Numbered from the stretch's first letter, positions 37,201-50,700 are shown. The stretch: 64,000 nt of DNA from Carcharhinus longimanus (GCA_030264375.1 JASCQW010000001.1:48041424-48105423), one strand, 5' to 3'. Numbers and translations: made by a program. The notes: generated from the sequence alone by a model not told the origin.

Positions 37201-38100
37201 CTGCCGTGAATGCAAACTAATGAAAACTAAATCTGAGCTGATGTGGCATAAGCAACGCTCTGGGGATGTGTGAGTGTGTGTGAGTGTGTACGTGTGCATG
37301 CGTGCATGTGTGTGTAAGAGGGCGGAACAGAGAAAGGGATCAGTCAGACCAGTCGTTGACAAAAAAAGGTGCCCACTGCAAGTCTCTTATTTTTCCATGA
37401 CTTGACAGTGATTATGTCAACCATATTTGCCAAAGCAAATCTCACTGCAGTGCAATGAATTGTAAAACTCAAAAGCATATTTTCGCCAAGTCCTGCGTAT
37501 TTAACAGAGAATCATCTCAACTATAGTATCTTCACAACAGTCATTTAGTATCACCTTGCAAAACTAAAAACATGAAACCAATAACATGCCTGTCATGGTG
37601 CAACGTGTTTTTGTCCTGGTGCTTGTATCATTAATGTGTTCTGTGCAACAGCTAATGTCTCTTAAATATTAAAAANNNNNNNNNNNNNNNNNNNNNNNNN
37701 NNNNNNNNNNNNNNNNNNNNNNNNNNNNNNNNNNNNNNNNNNNNNNNNNNCAAAGTAACTGAACTATCTTGTTCTTTCTCCACATAAACTGTTCTATGCA
37801 TTCTTTCTCCTTTTTGCATTTTCACTATGTTGAAATCTTACCTCATACTTTCCTGGTTCCTCAGTTCAATCTCAACCTCCCTCAGGTTTCTCTTCCTTCA
37901 ATATTAGATGAGCATTTGAAACACAAACTGAGCCTCATCTAATCACTACCACATAGCTCTTATTTCATCCACCATTCTTCCAGTGTTGGTGGTGTCCGAC
38001 ATTACTTCATTTGGGCCAAGGCCATTAAATAAAAAACAAAATAAATCTTTAGGATCCCAAACAATGGAAACATTCAAACAGACCCATTTCCATTTTGCTT

Positions 38101-38300
38101 GGGTGAGATTCTCTGGCCTCTCCTCAGCAATTTTCTCATTTTCTCATGGCAGGAGATAGCACACCATTCGCTGGTGGTGGGGTCTTCTGGTCCTGCCGCT
38201 GTTAATGGGAATTCTTGTTGAAGGTCCCCAGTGGAAGGGGTTGTGCTGTCAGCTTAACCATAGAATACTGCCGGTGAGAACAGTCAAAGAATTTTGACCT
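38101..38300. mobile_element. Degenerate MITE
   Basis: GGGTGAGATTCTCTGG...AAGAATTTTGACC termini. The internal GGTCTTCTGGTCCTGCCGCT is related to the 45358 element. Confidence 0.5.
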
Positions 38301-38446
38301 TTATTACTGCTTGGGTTTTATAAATTCAAATCTCATGGTTTAAAAGAAGCTGAAATAAAAATCTCAGGTTCCCATTACTTATGAACCTTCCAAATAAAAA
38401 GCATTTTCACTTTCATATTTTAGTGACGACTTGTTGTCTTGTAGGA

Positions 38447-40878
38447 CTATGGTTTGCGTAATGGCATTCAACTGTGTATTAGACATGGTCTGGTGTGGCT
38501 CAGGAGCCCCAGTCTGTCATGGCAACCCCCCCCATTTGCTGCAGAGGAAGAGAGTGGGATGAGAAGCTGTAGGATCTGCTGGTCTTTGTTTTTTCTGGAT
38601 TCTCTGTAGCCAATTGAGCTTTACAATTCCTCGTGTACCTCACAACCAGCCAGCCTCCAGACATTACAGTTGTCAGCAAGTGTCTCTTAATTTTCGGAGT
38701 CAACATCCTCATATCTCGCTTACAATGGGTGCCCAAGAGGCTGTGACCTAGTGGCCAGTTGACTGTACAGAATGTCTTTGGATATAAATCCATCATCCAT
38801 CTAACAAATGTGGCTAAGCCAACTCAGACATCATTGACTTAGCAATGAGTGTATGCTGATGGAATTAGCATGTTCCAAGACTCTCAGGTTGCCCTGCTGA
38901 AAGGATGCTGAGATATGCCTGGGACAGCAAAGGTGGAGACTTCCCAGCCTTTTATCATGCCTGGCATATGATGTCCATGTCTCAGCACTGAGGATGCAGG
39001 TTTGATGCAGTCACAGTTTGGTTGAGTTGCTGTTGCTCCGCACTCTTTTACTCAGCTTGCGGCATTTGCAATGTATGCGTTGGTTTCAGCATCAAGTGAC
39101 AGATTGTTGGTGATTGTAGAGCTGAGATATGTGAAGCTGCCAGCAACCCCCAGCATCACATTATCACCATCCTGGACCATAACATTTCTCTTCCTGATGC
39201 TGATGGTCAAACCAAACTGGTGAGTGTTCATTTGTCACTGAAGGTATTCATCACAATGGAATATAGTGTGTTATTGGCAGCATGGAACAACTCTAATGCG
39301 GACTTGGTGCACATTTGTCTTGTTCCTCAGCAGAGCAAAGGCTAAAGAGCTTGCTGTCTGTTCTGCTATATAGTAAACGCCCTCTGTAGATGACCTGAAG
39401 GGATCTGACAACAACAAAGAGAATAAGTCAAAGAGTGTTTGTGTCAGAACGCAACCCTTTTTGACCCTGCTGCCAATCTCAAGGGTCCTAATGTTATCCT
39501 GTCATAGCTGACCTTACCCATCATGCTGACGTGGAAAGTGGAGATCACATTGAGCAGCTTTAGCAGGCAGCTAATTTACTCCAGCAGCTTAAATGACCAT
39601 CTCTACTCACATGCTCAAATGCCTTGATGAGATCAGTGAGTGCAATATAAAGGCGAGTAACAGTTGTGTCACGCATGTGCCAGGCAATGATAATCTCCAA
39701 CAAGAGAAAATGTAACCATCTCCCCATGACGTTCAATAACATTTCTACCGCTGCATTCCCCCACAGTCAACGTCCTGGGGGTTACCGTTGGCCAAAAAAT
39801 TGAACTGGACCAGCCATAGAAATACTGAGGCTATAAGAGCAGATCAGAAGCGGCAAAATTTGTGGTGATTAACTTATTTCCTGACTCCCCCAAGCCTGTG
39901 CACCATCTACAAGGCACAGACAGGAATGTGATGGAATAATAGCTCCTTGCCTGGATGAGTGCAACTCCGACAACACTCAACAAGCTTGACATCATCTGGG
40001 ACAAAACAACTACCTTGATGAGCACCCCATCCACAAATAGTCACTTCCCACCTAACAATGACACACAGTCGCAGCAATATATATGATCTCCAAATCTCCT
40101 TCCAAACCCATGACCTTTACCACCTAGAAGGACAACGGCAGCAGATGCAGGGGAATGCCAACATCTGCAAGTTCCGCACCAAGCCACACACTATCCTGAC
40201 TGAAGACTATATCACTGTTCCTTCACTATTATTAGGTTAAAATCTTGGAATTCCCTTTCTAACAGTACTTTGGGTGCTCCTATACCACATGGACACAAGC
40301 GGTTTAAGAAGATATCTCACCCTCCCAAGGGCTCTTGGAGATGCACAATAAATGTTGGCTTAGCCAATGATGTCCATAGCACATTAAATAATTAAAGGTA
40401 TATCTTTGTTCGTGGCATTTCTCTTGCAGCTGCTGGACTAAGAAGGTCATGTCAATTGTAAATCTTCCAATTCTGAAACCACACCGGGACTAGGGTTAGA
40501 TATGATCTGCCAGGATTTACAGACTGACAAGAGCAACATGGTCCGATGCTTTTCCCATGATACTCAGCAGGGCGATGCCAAGACAGTTTTTGCAATCACT
40601 GCAGGTGCTCTTGCTCTGGTACAGGGTCACAACCTTTGCATCATGCGCATCCTGGGCACTGTTCCCTCTCTCCAGCAGAGACGGAGAAGATTGTGCAGAT
40701 GTTGCGGATGGCTGGCTTCTTGTGCTTGATGTGTTCAGGCAAAATAGCATCATCATCTGGAGCTTTGCCCATAGCAAGTGAGTCAATAGGTTTACTAAGC
40801 TCTTGCACTCTGGGTTCATTGTCCAGGTCTGCCAAGACAGACAGGCATTCTATAATGTCTTGAATTTCCTTGGTGACC
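38447..40878 (-). mobile_element. RTE-clade (BovB-like) LINE remnant, split by an insertion at 39655-40395
   Basis: Decayed minus-strand peptides: MGKAPDDDAILPE, GIALLSIMGK, LYIALTDLIKAFEHVSRDG (RT motif like IAFIDLTKAFD) and C-terminal WLSH..MD..YPK...CKRDM. Multiple stops and frameshifts. Confidence 0.75.
39655..40395 (+). mobile_element. CR1/L2-group LINE 3' fragment
   Basis: ACCATCTACAAGGCACAGACAGGAATGTGATGGAATA...CTTGCCTGGATGAGTGCAACTCC (YKAQ..VME..LAWMSA), and tail AATAAATGTTGGCTTAGCCAATGATGTCCA. Confidence 0.8.
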
Positions 40879-42102
40879 ATGTTCTGGTCTTTGTCACTTC
40901 CAGGCTTAACTATTTCAGCACTTTGCTATCCGACCTCCCATTCTCCATCCTTCAGAAATCTAGCTCACATCAAATTCTAGTTGCCCAAATCCTTATCCAT
41001 ACCAGATTTATTCAATGATCCAGGCTCACCCCTCAACAACTCAAAATAGATTGATCACTTTCATCCTTCATCATCTCATTCTTCCCCAGCTCTGTATTTT
41101 CCTACAGCCCTCCAACCATCTGAGAACTAGCATTCTTCCATATCTTGTTATATCACCTTCTGCTTTCACCTACTCATTACAGACCATGCGCTCTGGAATT
41201 CCTGCCCTAAATGTGTTCAGACTACAAAGAACAGTACTAGACAGAAACAGCCCTTTGGCCCATCAAGCCTGTGCCGACACATGATGCCTTTCTAAAGACC
41301 TTTTGTCTCTGCATAGTCCATATCCCTCTATTCCCTGCTTATTCATGTATCCGTATTCATCTTTCCATTTATGTTATGTTATATAGTGTATGCAGTTTTC
41401 ATCACCTTATTTAAGGAAGGATGGAAATACATTGGGGGCAGTTCAATCAGAGAAAGCTTGCTAAATTGAGACCTGGAATGGGTGGGGTGGCTTATGAGGG
41501 AAGGTTAGACATACTGGGCTTGTTTCCATTGGAATTTAGAAGAATGAGGGATCGCTTGATTGAAGTTTATAAGATCCTGAATAGTCTCGACAAGGTGGAT
41601 GTGGGTGAATCCAGAACTAGAGGGCTGTGTTTTAAAGTTAGGGGCTGTCCTTTAACGAGAGAAGAGGGGAGAATTTTTTTTCTTTGAGTTGTGCAACTTT
41701 GGAACTCTCTGCCTCAGAAGACAGTGAAGGCAGAGTCACTGAATATTTTTAAGGCAGAGGGAGACAGATTCTTGTCAGGCAAGGGAATCAAAGGTTATCA
41801 GGGATAGGTGGGAATGCAGAAATCAAAACATAAACAGATTAGCCAGGATCCTTTTGACTTACGGGACAGGTTTGAGGGGAAGAATGGCTTACTTCTGCAC
41901 CTGTTTTGTATGGTCACATTTCTCTGCCCTCTTTTAAGACTCTCCTTAAAAACTACCTCTTTGATGAAGCTTTTAGTCACCCTCCTCGAGGAGCTCGTTC
42001 TTTGATTCAGTGCCCATTTTTGTCTGATTACCCTTGTACGAAGCACCACAGGATGTTTAAAATTTAATTTAAGATTGCCTTGGAAAAACAAGTCGTTGTT
42101 GA
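40879..42102 (+). mobile_element. L2 LINE 3' part (40879-41220 and 41912-42102), split by two CR1 fragments
   Basis: HVLVFVTSRLNYFSTLLSDLP (L2 motif like HAFVTSRLDY), and L2 end CTCCTTAAAACTACCTCTTTGATGAAGCTTTT. Confidence 0.7.
41223..41910. mobile_element. CR1 fragments (41223-41355 minus tail; 41390-41910 plus)
   Basis: AYEGRLDILGLFPLEFRRMRDRLIEVYKILNSLDKVD peptide and CR1 3' UTR. Confidence 0.85.
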
Positions 42103-42519
42103 TCACTGGGCCCGTAGACTTCAGTGAGTCTTGGATGGGCAGCAGTGAAGGAACTGTACCCCAGTGTAAGACAGTGTCTTAAGGAGATGGAGGAAGAAAA
42201 TCAAGAGGGGAGAAAAAAGGGTAAAGAATTCTGATTTTATTTTATGGGTGGCTGTAGTGATTATTACACGACTTAAGCCCCATTTTTGTATTTATCACCA
42301 AATCTGAGAACGTCCTCCAATATATGAAGGCTAATGTTTGACTGATCACATGATTGAGTCACAAGACTAATGAAACTTTAGGGCTTTAGATCAGAGCATG
42401 CCCACTGAGACTTACAGATGGCTGACTGGATTTACTCTTTCCCATCCATCAGTTTTTTTAACTGAAATTCAGATCCTGAACAATTTCAGGTTAAGAAAGG
42501 AAGAACTGAACTGAGTTGA

Positions 42520-42935
42520 GGCCTTGCACATTAGTATATATTAAAGCACAGCCAACTAAACACAATGAAATGTGATTACATAGCAGCCAATATGCATGCA
42601 GCGAACACCCACAAACAGTAATGAGGTAAAATACCCATTATCTCAACAATATTCATCACATTCGCTGAGGAATGTATATTATCTAAGACAGTGAGTGGAC
42701 CACTCTGCTGTTCTTCAAATAAGACCATGGAATCATTTATGTCCACCTAAGAGGGGATACGAGACCTCAGTTTATCTTTTCAGACAGATGGCACCTCCAA
42801 CAGTGCATCACTCACCTAGAACTACACCAAAGTATCAGCCAAGAATATGTGCCCATGTCCTGGAGTGGGACCTGGACTCAGCTGTTCCTGCCTTAGAGGC
42901 AAAAGTTGCTACCATTGTGTCAAGGCTAACACTAT
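42520..42935 (-). mobile_element. Deu-domain SINE (SacSINE1/AmnSINE1-like), near full length
   Basis: CTGCTGTTCTTCAAATAAGACCATGGAATCATTTATGTCCACCTAAGAGGG...GATGGCACCTCCAACAGTGCA...CTGGAGTGGGAC is the reverse complement of the Deu core and tRNA head. Confidence 0.75.
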
Positions 42936-43004
42936 ATATGATGTAAGTATGCATATTTGCTTTACTGTTCAATACATTTATTTCCACTCAGCCCACTGGA
43001 GAGT

Positions 43005-43310
43005 GGCATGGTGGCACAGTGGTTAGCACTGCTGCCTCACAGCACCACAGACCCTGGTTCAATTTCCGGCTTGGGTTACTGTCTTTGCGGAGTCTGCAAT
43101 GCCCTCCCTGTGTCTGCGTGGGTTTCCTCTGGGTGCTCCGGTTTCCTCCCACAGCCCGAAAGATGTGCTGGTTAGGTGCATTGGCCATGTTAAATTCTCC
43201 CTCAGTGTACCCAAACAGGCACCAGAGTGTGGCGACTAGACATTTTCACAGTAACTTCATTGCAGTGTTAATGTAAGCCTACTTGTGACTAATAAATAAA
43301 AACTTTAAAA
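43005..43310 (+). mobile_element. HE1/V-SINE
   Basis: GGCATGGTGGCACAGTGGTTAGCACTGCTGCCTCACAGC head, V-domain and AATAAATAAAAACTTT tail. Confidence 0.9.
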
Positions 43311-43704
43311 ATGTTTGTCTTTACTGCAGTTAACCTGCGAAAGAGACATTTTATGCAATTATGTCATGATTTGGTGATCAAGTAATGCAGTGGCCTCTGA
43401 GCTCCAATATTGAAACATAAAATATGCACAGGTAAGGAAAAATTGGATATGTGACTTTTCTAATGAACCTGTTCCCTAAAAGGTTTAAACAGAAAATGCT
43501 GTAAATACTCCATGTATCCAGCAACTAGAGAAAAACAAAGTTAACATTTCAGGTCTGACCTTTCGTACAATGATGGTTCCAGACATAATTGAAACAGCTT
43601 TCATTTGAACCACAAAATGATCAGTTGGTTGTGAAAATGTTAATATAGTGTGGTTGCTATTTTTAGCCGATTTGAAAAGATTTCAGGACGATAGCAAGGG
43701 AAGA

Positions 43705-44365
43705 AAAAGTTGCATTAGCGTTGTCCATGTTCTAAGGTTGTCGTAAAACTCTTCACAATCTATGCATTTTGAGCTGTAATTATTGTTACGTAGGAAAGCT
43801 TTTCAGCCAAGGTCACACAATTAAGCAACAATGAGTTAAAAGATTGGGGGTGGGATTTTCCGGTCACTCTGCAGCACGTTTTCCAGCAGACCAGGCAGCT
43901 CACCGTTGGCTGCCAGCGAAATCTTCATGTCCTGCCAATATCTACGACGTTTTGCGTGGCTCGCCAGTCCTGCCACAGTGCTGAGCGGGGAGACGGTTGC
44001 TTTTGATGGAGTGTGGGGATGGGGGGGGCGGAGAGGGAGGGGGCACTTCAACAGGACCAGAAGACAACAACTGGCAGAAAGGGCCAGGAAATTCCAGAAA
44101 ATTAGCACTCTTACTAGATGGATACTTGTTGGTTAGGTCACTTGAATAACTTTCCTGTTCTTCATCAAACAGTGCTGTGGGATCTTTAATATATTTAAAG
44201 TGATGAAACTTGATTTAATCTCCCATTCCAAAGACCCGGCATTTTTGATTATGTAGCACTGTTGCAAAACTGCATTGATGCAGAACCCTAGATTGTTTAC
44301 TTGAAATTTGGAAGTACGGTTTGAATTGCTGACGTGTTGACTCAGATGTACCATTGAACTGACAC
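43705..44365 (-). mobile_element. Degenerate Deu-SINE split by a GC-rich MITE (about 43847-44108)
   Basis: TTTCCTGTTCTTCATCAAACAGTGCTGTGGGATCTTT Deu remnant. The MITE starts GGGTGGGATTTTCCGG. Confidence 0.55.
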
Positions 44366-45035
44366 TTTGCTAATGTTGCAATGGGCTATTACGTATACTG
44401 TACTAGAATTGTACATCCTAATTTTTGAAATACCATTTGTTAATGCTTTGGATATTTTCTTTGTAATTATTTTTAGAGTACTTTGCTGCTTTCTCTGAAG
44501 CATTTTCTTGGCTCAAGCACAAAGGAAAAATAAGCATAAAAGAATGAAATGATAGATTGATATTGATGGATAGCTTGTATTTGTAGCCAGTTAAGAGAAT
44601 TTCTTTGTCTTGCCTTATACTTCTAAAAAGAAGGCAATGAGATGCTGTGTGAGAATAATTATGTACTTGCTTTGGCTTTTTGAAGCACCTAGTGAACTCT
44701 TTGGTTCTTGTTCTCCATCGTGATCACATTGAGTTTTCAAACTCATTGCTGTAAGAATCTCATCTGTGACAACACCAATCTGCTACTGAAGTGTTGGTTC
44801 ACTAACAACTATGTGCATTTACATAACATATTTAATGTAGTTAAAAAGTCTCAAGGCACTTCACAGGAGCAATTATCAAATCTTTGCCACTATGCTGTCC
44901 TTCTCCTCTCCAAGAACGTGCACCTTATATGATGGTAACTGTACTGAATTATAACTAAGTAGGATAATTTGTCATGAAGCAAGCTGATAATGCTTTAATT
45001 GTAGAAAGCCATACCTAGTATTGAGAAAACAATCT

Positions 45036-45937
45036 TAGAGTCATAGAGGTTTACAGCATGGAAACAGGCCCTTCATGCCACCCCTTTTTTTAACAACTAA
45101 GCTAGTTTGGTCCATATTCCTCTATACCCATCTTACCCGTGTAAATATTAAATGCTTTTTAAAAGACAAAATTGAACCCGCTTCGACCAATACCTCTGGC
45201 AGCTTGTTCAAGACACTCACCATCCTCTGTGTGAAAAAATTGCCCCTCTGGACCCTTTTATCTCTCCCTTCTCACCTGAAACCTATGCCCTCTAGTTTTA
45301 GACTCCCCTACCTTTGGGAAAAGATATTGATTATCTAGCTAATCTATGCCCCTCTTGGCCAGGATTTTCCAGATGTTCACTCCAGCAGGATTTTCTGGTC
45401 CTGCTGATGATGCATGCCTGCCATGATTTCATAGAATCATTCAGTGCAGAAGAGGCCCTTTGGCCCATCAAATCTGCACCACACATTAGAAATACCTGAA
45501 CTCCCACCTAATCCCATCTGCCAGCACTTGGCCCATAACTCTGGATGTTACGATGTGCCAAGTGCTCATCCAGGTACCTTTTAAAGGATGTGAGACAACA
45601 TTGCCTCGACCACCCTCCCAGGCAGTGCATTCCAGACAGTCACCACCCTCTGGGTAAAAAAGATTTTCCTCACATACCCCCAAAACCTCTTTGCCCCTCA
45701 CCTTGAACTTATGTCTCCTCATGACTGACCCTTCATCTAAAAGGAACAGCTGCTCTTTATTCATTCTGTCCATGTCACTTATAATCTTGTACACCTCGAT
45801 CAGATCCTGACGGTGTGAGGTGCAATCAGGGGAAAATCCCATTGAAATAGCGGGACCAGAAGATCCCACCACTGGCAAATGTCGTGGCGTCTCCGGCTAT
45901 GGGAAACAAACTACGGGGAGACCAGAACAATATCCCC
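45036..45937. mobile_element. CR1 3' fragments (45036-45352 and 45429-45805, minus), the second inserted into a MITE (45358-45428 plus 45806-45937)
   Basis: CATAGA tails and DLIEVYKIISDMDRM peptide. The MITE halves contain complementary GGATTTTCTGGTCC and GGACCAGAAGATCC. Confidence 0.75.
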
Positions 45938-47944
45938 CTGTCAGAAACATCCTGATTGCATTTGGTGTACTTTTCTTGATAAATAGTCACTAAAATATTT
46001 GTTCCTGTAATATAAATAGTAGCAAAGCAGCCCTGGTTAATTCTGATGAAGCTTCAATGCACGTAATGGATAATCACAGTTCCTCACTGTTTCCTATACT
46101 AAATAGAACAGAAAGCTTTGTCTCGGGAAACTCATCCTTTTATACTAGTCCAAAAGGTTCTGTTTTTTTAAATTAACTTCTAATTATCTTAACAAAAGCA
46201 AAATAAAGGCAAGTTTGCCAAGAATAATTCTATGCCTGCGTTCTCGTTATAATCCTAAATAAATATTGTGGATTCAGTAAAACAGGTGTAAATGAAATCC
46301 ACAACAATTTATTTTGTGAGGAGTAATGGTGTTGAATAATATGTAAAATGGCATCCTGTAGGTCATTCAGTATTCAGAGACCAACAATGCAAAAAGCAAA
46401 GACACAGTTTTAATATTGCTTGTAGGAAAAACACTAGAGCCATAACACATCAAGAGGGAGGGATGCCTGTTGATTTGCTTTCCATTTCCAGCTCTTGGTA
46501 CAAGGTCTACAACTCCTCAGACTTCTTGTTATGTGTGTACTTTTGACAGAAATGTGAGATTACATGAAAACCCTGCTGGGTGAAAACATTAGTTTTGCAC
46601 TATTCTTCCTGACAAATGATCAAGCTTTGGCTGTCACAATGTATCAATGGCATGTGATACCATTACATGCATATCCATCAATTGATGAGAAGTTACTAGC
46701 TTTTGCATAGCGTTGTTTTCTTGCCAGGCACTTTCCTTTGCAGTTGTGTGTTTATTTATTCAAAACTGTGCAAAGTTTTGGAATAACACCACATCAGTCC
46801 TTTGATTAAAAGTGAACTCTTTTTGTCCATGTGTTTTTAAATATGAAACACAAGTTATCACCATAATTGTATCACTTTTTTATCTTGTTTTCACCTAAGG
46901 AGTATTCTTTGTTGCAGCTTGTGAATGAAATTTTTGCTGCTTCTGTTTTTTAGAAGTGTGAGTTTATGGCAGAGGAGAAACCAAGTTTCATGTTTTATTA
47001 TGTAATTAGTCCTGTTTCAATTGAGATGCAAACTTCAGCAGAATATACACTATGCCATGAGGCGGTCTTTGGGACATACCTTATGTTTTCCTGCAATTAA
47101 TTTTAGCAGTAAAAATGTATGCATTTACCATTTTGCAGTTACAAAACTAAGAGTTCTGTGAATGCTCTTTGTTATAGCATTATAATACTTTCATCATTGT
47201 AATGTTCGTGCTTGGTCAGTTAATTGACTTGCTTTGGTTGCAGATGTGATTTTATCATATACCAACTTAAAAGTAGTTATTTCAAAAATAATTAATATTT
47301 GAAACCATTTTACAAAATTGAACAGAAAAAGAGTTATTTAACAGAAAAGTGTTTAATGTTTTTACCATCTTAGCTAGTATCTTGAGGCTTATTAAATCTA
47401 TGTAAATGCTGATAGCATTACTTGAGATACTGGCATGGAAGGGCTGCTGAGCCTATTATTGCATTTACACCCACACAACTGACAGTGAATCATCCTGGAA
47501 TTTATCCATGTTGCTGCTAATGCTGTTTCGTCTTTGGTATGACTGATGTCAGGAATTGACAGAAACCATGTTGACATTTCGTCATGAAAATACATACTGT
47601 TTTTTTCTACTCCCCTTTCCTGAAGGTGACAATTTATGTTGTGTAGAGTTCCACTATCAGGCATTCTTCAACAGCGCATATTAGCAAGTGGTGGGAGGAG
47701 AAGGCAGATATCCTGTCACAATCACAACATGATATATTTATCCACTCAACCATCAGGGAGCATAACTTTTGAGTTTTAAGACATATCCTGATGATAGGAT
47801 TGTTCAAGTGAAAATGTCAAGGGGAGGAGAGGCTGCTAAGTGGAATATATGTATTTATATCTATATCTTCTCTAACCACAATACTATTTAGGTCAAAACA
47901 AATGCATTATAGTGTGTGCATATTTTTTATTATGTACGCGATTA

Positions 47945-48960
47945 CTGTACATTATGAACTGTGCGGAGGATAGTGTATGATTTCAAAAGGATACAGACAA
48001 ATTGGTGGAATGAATGGACAGCTGTTGATGCAGTTTAACACAGAGAAATATAAAGTGATTCATTTTGGCAGGAAGAAGATGGGGAGACAATATAAAGTAA
48101 AGGGTATGGGTGTGATTTTACATGTCATTCATGCCATGCTCTCACTGCAGCAAAGTCGGAGAATTTGGTGACCAGCCAAATCTCTATTCACTGCAGCGCA
48201 AACGGGATGGGAAGATCCCACTGGTGTGAATGGTGGTAAGATTCCAGCCTACAATTCTAAAAAAGGCTGCAAGAACAGAGAGACCTTGGTGCGTATGTGC
48301 ATACGTCATTGAAAGTGGCAGGACAAGTCGAAGGCTCAGTTAATAAAGCATACAATGTCCCGGGCTGTATTAATAGAGGCATAGAGTACAAAGCAAGTAG
48401 GTTCTTTTGAACTTGTATAGGACACTATTTTAGCCTCAGCTGCCTTATCGTGTCCAGTTCTGGATGCTGCATTTTAGTAAAGATGTAAAGGCATTGGGGA
48501 GCGTGCAGTAAAAATTCACACAAGTATGTTTTCAGGGAAGAACTTCAGTCATAAAGATAGATTGGAGAAGTTAAAACTGATTTCCCTTCGAAAAAGAAGG
48601 TTGAACGAGGTATTCAAAATCATGAAGAGTCTGGACGTAGTAGAGAGGGAGAAGCTGTTCTTGCTCGTGGAAGGATCAAGAACGAGAGGGCACATATTTA
48701 AAGTAATTGGCAAAAATTATATTAGAAAAATCTATTTCACCTAGTGAGTGGTTAGGGTCTGGAAAGCACTGCCTCAGTGTGTGGGGGAGGCAGGTTCAAT
48801 TGAAGCATTCAAAAGGGAATTAGACTGTTACTTGAAAAGGAGGGATGTGCAGGGTTATGGGGAGAAGGCAGGAGATTGGTACTAAAGAAATTGCTAATTT
48901 GGAGAGCCTGTGCAGATACGGTGAGCAGAATGGACGCCTTGTGGGCTATAACAAACGTGT
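47945..48960 (+). mobile_element. CR1 LINE fragment with a MITE inserted at 48108-48249
   Basis: MQFNTEKYKVIHFGRK and DRLEKLKLISLRKRRL peptides. The MITE interrupts AAAGGGTA|CAATTCTAAA. Confidence 0.85.
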
Positions 48961-50479
48961 GAATCTGTGATATATCCACTGATGTGTGTTTATTTTCAAT
49001 ATAGCTCATGCGTCATAATGACTTTATCTGAACCCAAGCCTCACACAGCATTGGAGTATAAAGAATTGGATGCTGTGATTTTGCTTTAATATTTTCAACA
49101 AATTAACCACCGAATGGAGGTGATTGAACCTGTCTGGCTTTCTAATAGTGATTAGTTGTTTGCAAAACAGAATACCTTGGAATAAAGGCAGAATGAGCTG
49201 GAAATGCAAAACACATCAGTAGGCTTCAGAAAAAGAAAAACAATTTAATGTTTTAGCCAAGGCCATGTACTAATGCTAATCTTACTGTGAAATATAACCC
49301 AATAGTGAAGTCCATTACTATAAGGCCCTATTATAGTGTCAGAGGCACTACACCATTCGCTTTTTTTTTGGAATTGTTGAAATATCTGATTCTGTGCCAC
49401 TGGTGTTGACATTTTATTGTAACTTACTGTTTTTTCATTAAACTAGTATTATAGTTTAATGAAAAAAGACACAATTACCATTTGAAGCTGTCAGAACCAT
49501 GTTGAGATGATGAAGAAGTCCCAAGCACAGCTCACCCCAGTGAACTATACGTTGGTGTATATTGATTGTATACAATAACAAATACTTAGGAGGAAATTAC
49601 AAGGATATAAACTTAAACTTTGGGATTCAGGTGACTTGTAAATTGCTCGAGTTCTGTTCTTCATGGCTTATAACTTTGTCTAAGTCCCTCGGTGATGTTA
49701 GACTACCTTGTAACTTTCTCCCATGTGGCTACTATTCTATGTTGTAGGTTTCTTGAATCGTACAAATAAGCCTCTTAGCAATAAAAGGGAAACAATGTAC
49801 CGTAAATCAGAGTCTAAATCATGTTCCGTCTTAGTTGAGTTGTTTTCCACAAACCTCATCTGTGCGTTAATTGTTACACTGACCTCCTGGGCTCAAACGG
49901 TAGCAGCTTTACCACAGGGTGTGAAGAGAAAGTACGATGACTGTCTGGATGCTAGTCTTCAAGAATTCTGCATGAATCCTAACAATTCTGTACTAATTGG
50001 AAACATTACGGAGATTTTTACTGTGCTTAAAATTGCTACCATTTTTGGTAGCCTTGTAATTAAAGAGTTTTTCAGAAAATGGGCTTGCTGCACAGCATTT
50101 AAATTTGTAAAATCTGTTTCATCTGCAATAGAGGGAAGGAAAAAACACTGGAGAAAACAATATTATATTCCCTCTTTTTTTTCATATTTCTTGCCAATTC
50201 TCTTACCTGCTCTCCCAAGTGGATGAATCCTACCTAGATTCATTCTGTGATTATTGTCAGTGACTGATTTGCATGGAACCGCTCATGTGTGTGCCTTGTT
50301 ATTGAATGCCAATGGACTGTCTCTTTGATGGGATATGGGAAAGACATTATAGCAAATCTTGTTCTCACTTGGCATCCAACTTCCCAGCAGGGATTACTGA
50401 GCAACAGGTAGAATGAAGATGGCTTTCCTGCCTACTCCCAAAGGCTTGCGCGCGGTAAGGCCAATTAAAGCACCCTTAC

Positions 50480-50700
50480 TAGTTGCATTTACATTGTAGC
50501 ACCTTTCATGTCGCAATGTGAACTAAAGGAGCTTCACAACTGGGCATTAGACCAGAATAGAAGCTAAGGAAGGTGGTACTTCAAATAGGTGACCAAAGAT
50601 GACCACATTAATGATGTAAAAGGACAAAAGTATTTAGAAAGAGAGTTTCAGAATGAGGACAAGATGGTTGAAAGCTTGTCACCAGGGATAGGAAGGGGAG
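50480..50700 (-). mobile_element. L2 3' end remnant
   Basis: TTGCATTTACATTGTAGCACCTTT...GGTGACCAAAG...AGAGAGTTTCAGA resembles the reverse complement of the L2 tail at 41912. Confidence 0.5.

Noticed and set aside
43005-43080. tRNA-like sequence (also at 9824, 16493, 29434 and others)
   Set aside because: These are SINE heads continuing into the V-domain, with no complete cloverleaf.
49723-50226. 167-aa ORF in unique sequence
   Set aside because: No recognisable homology, no TCF4 motifs and no convincing splice boundaries.
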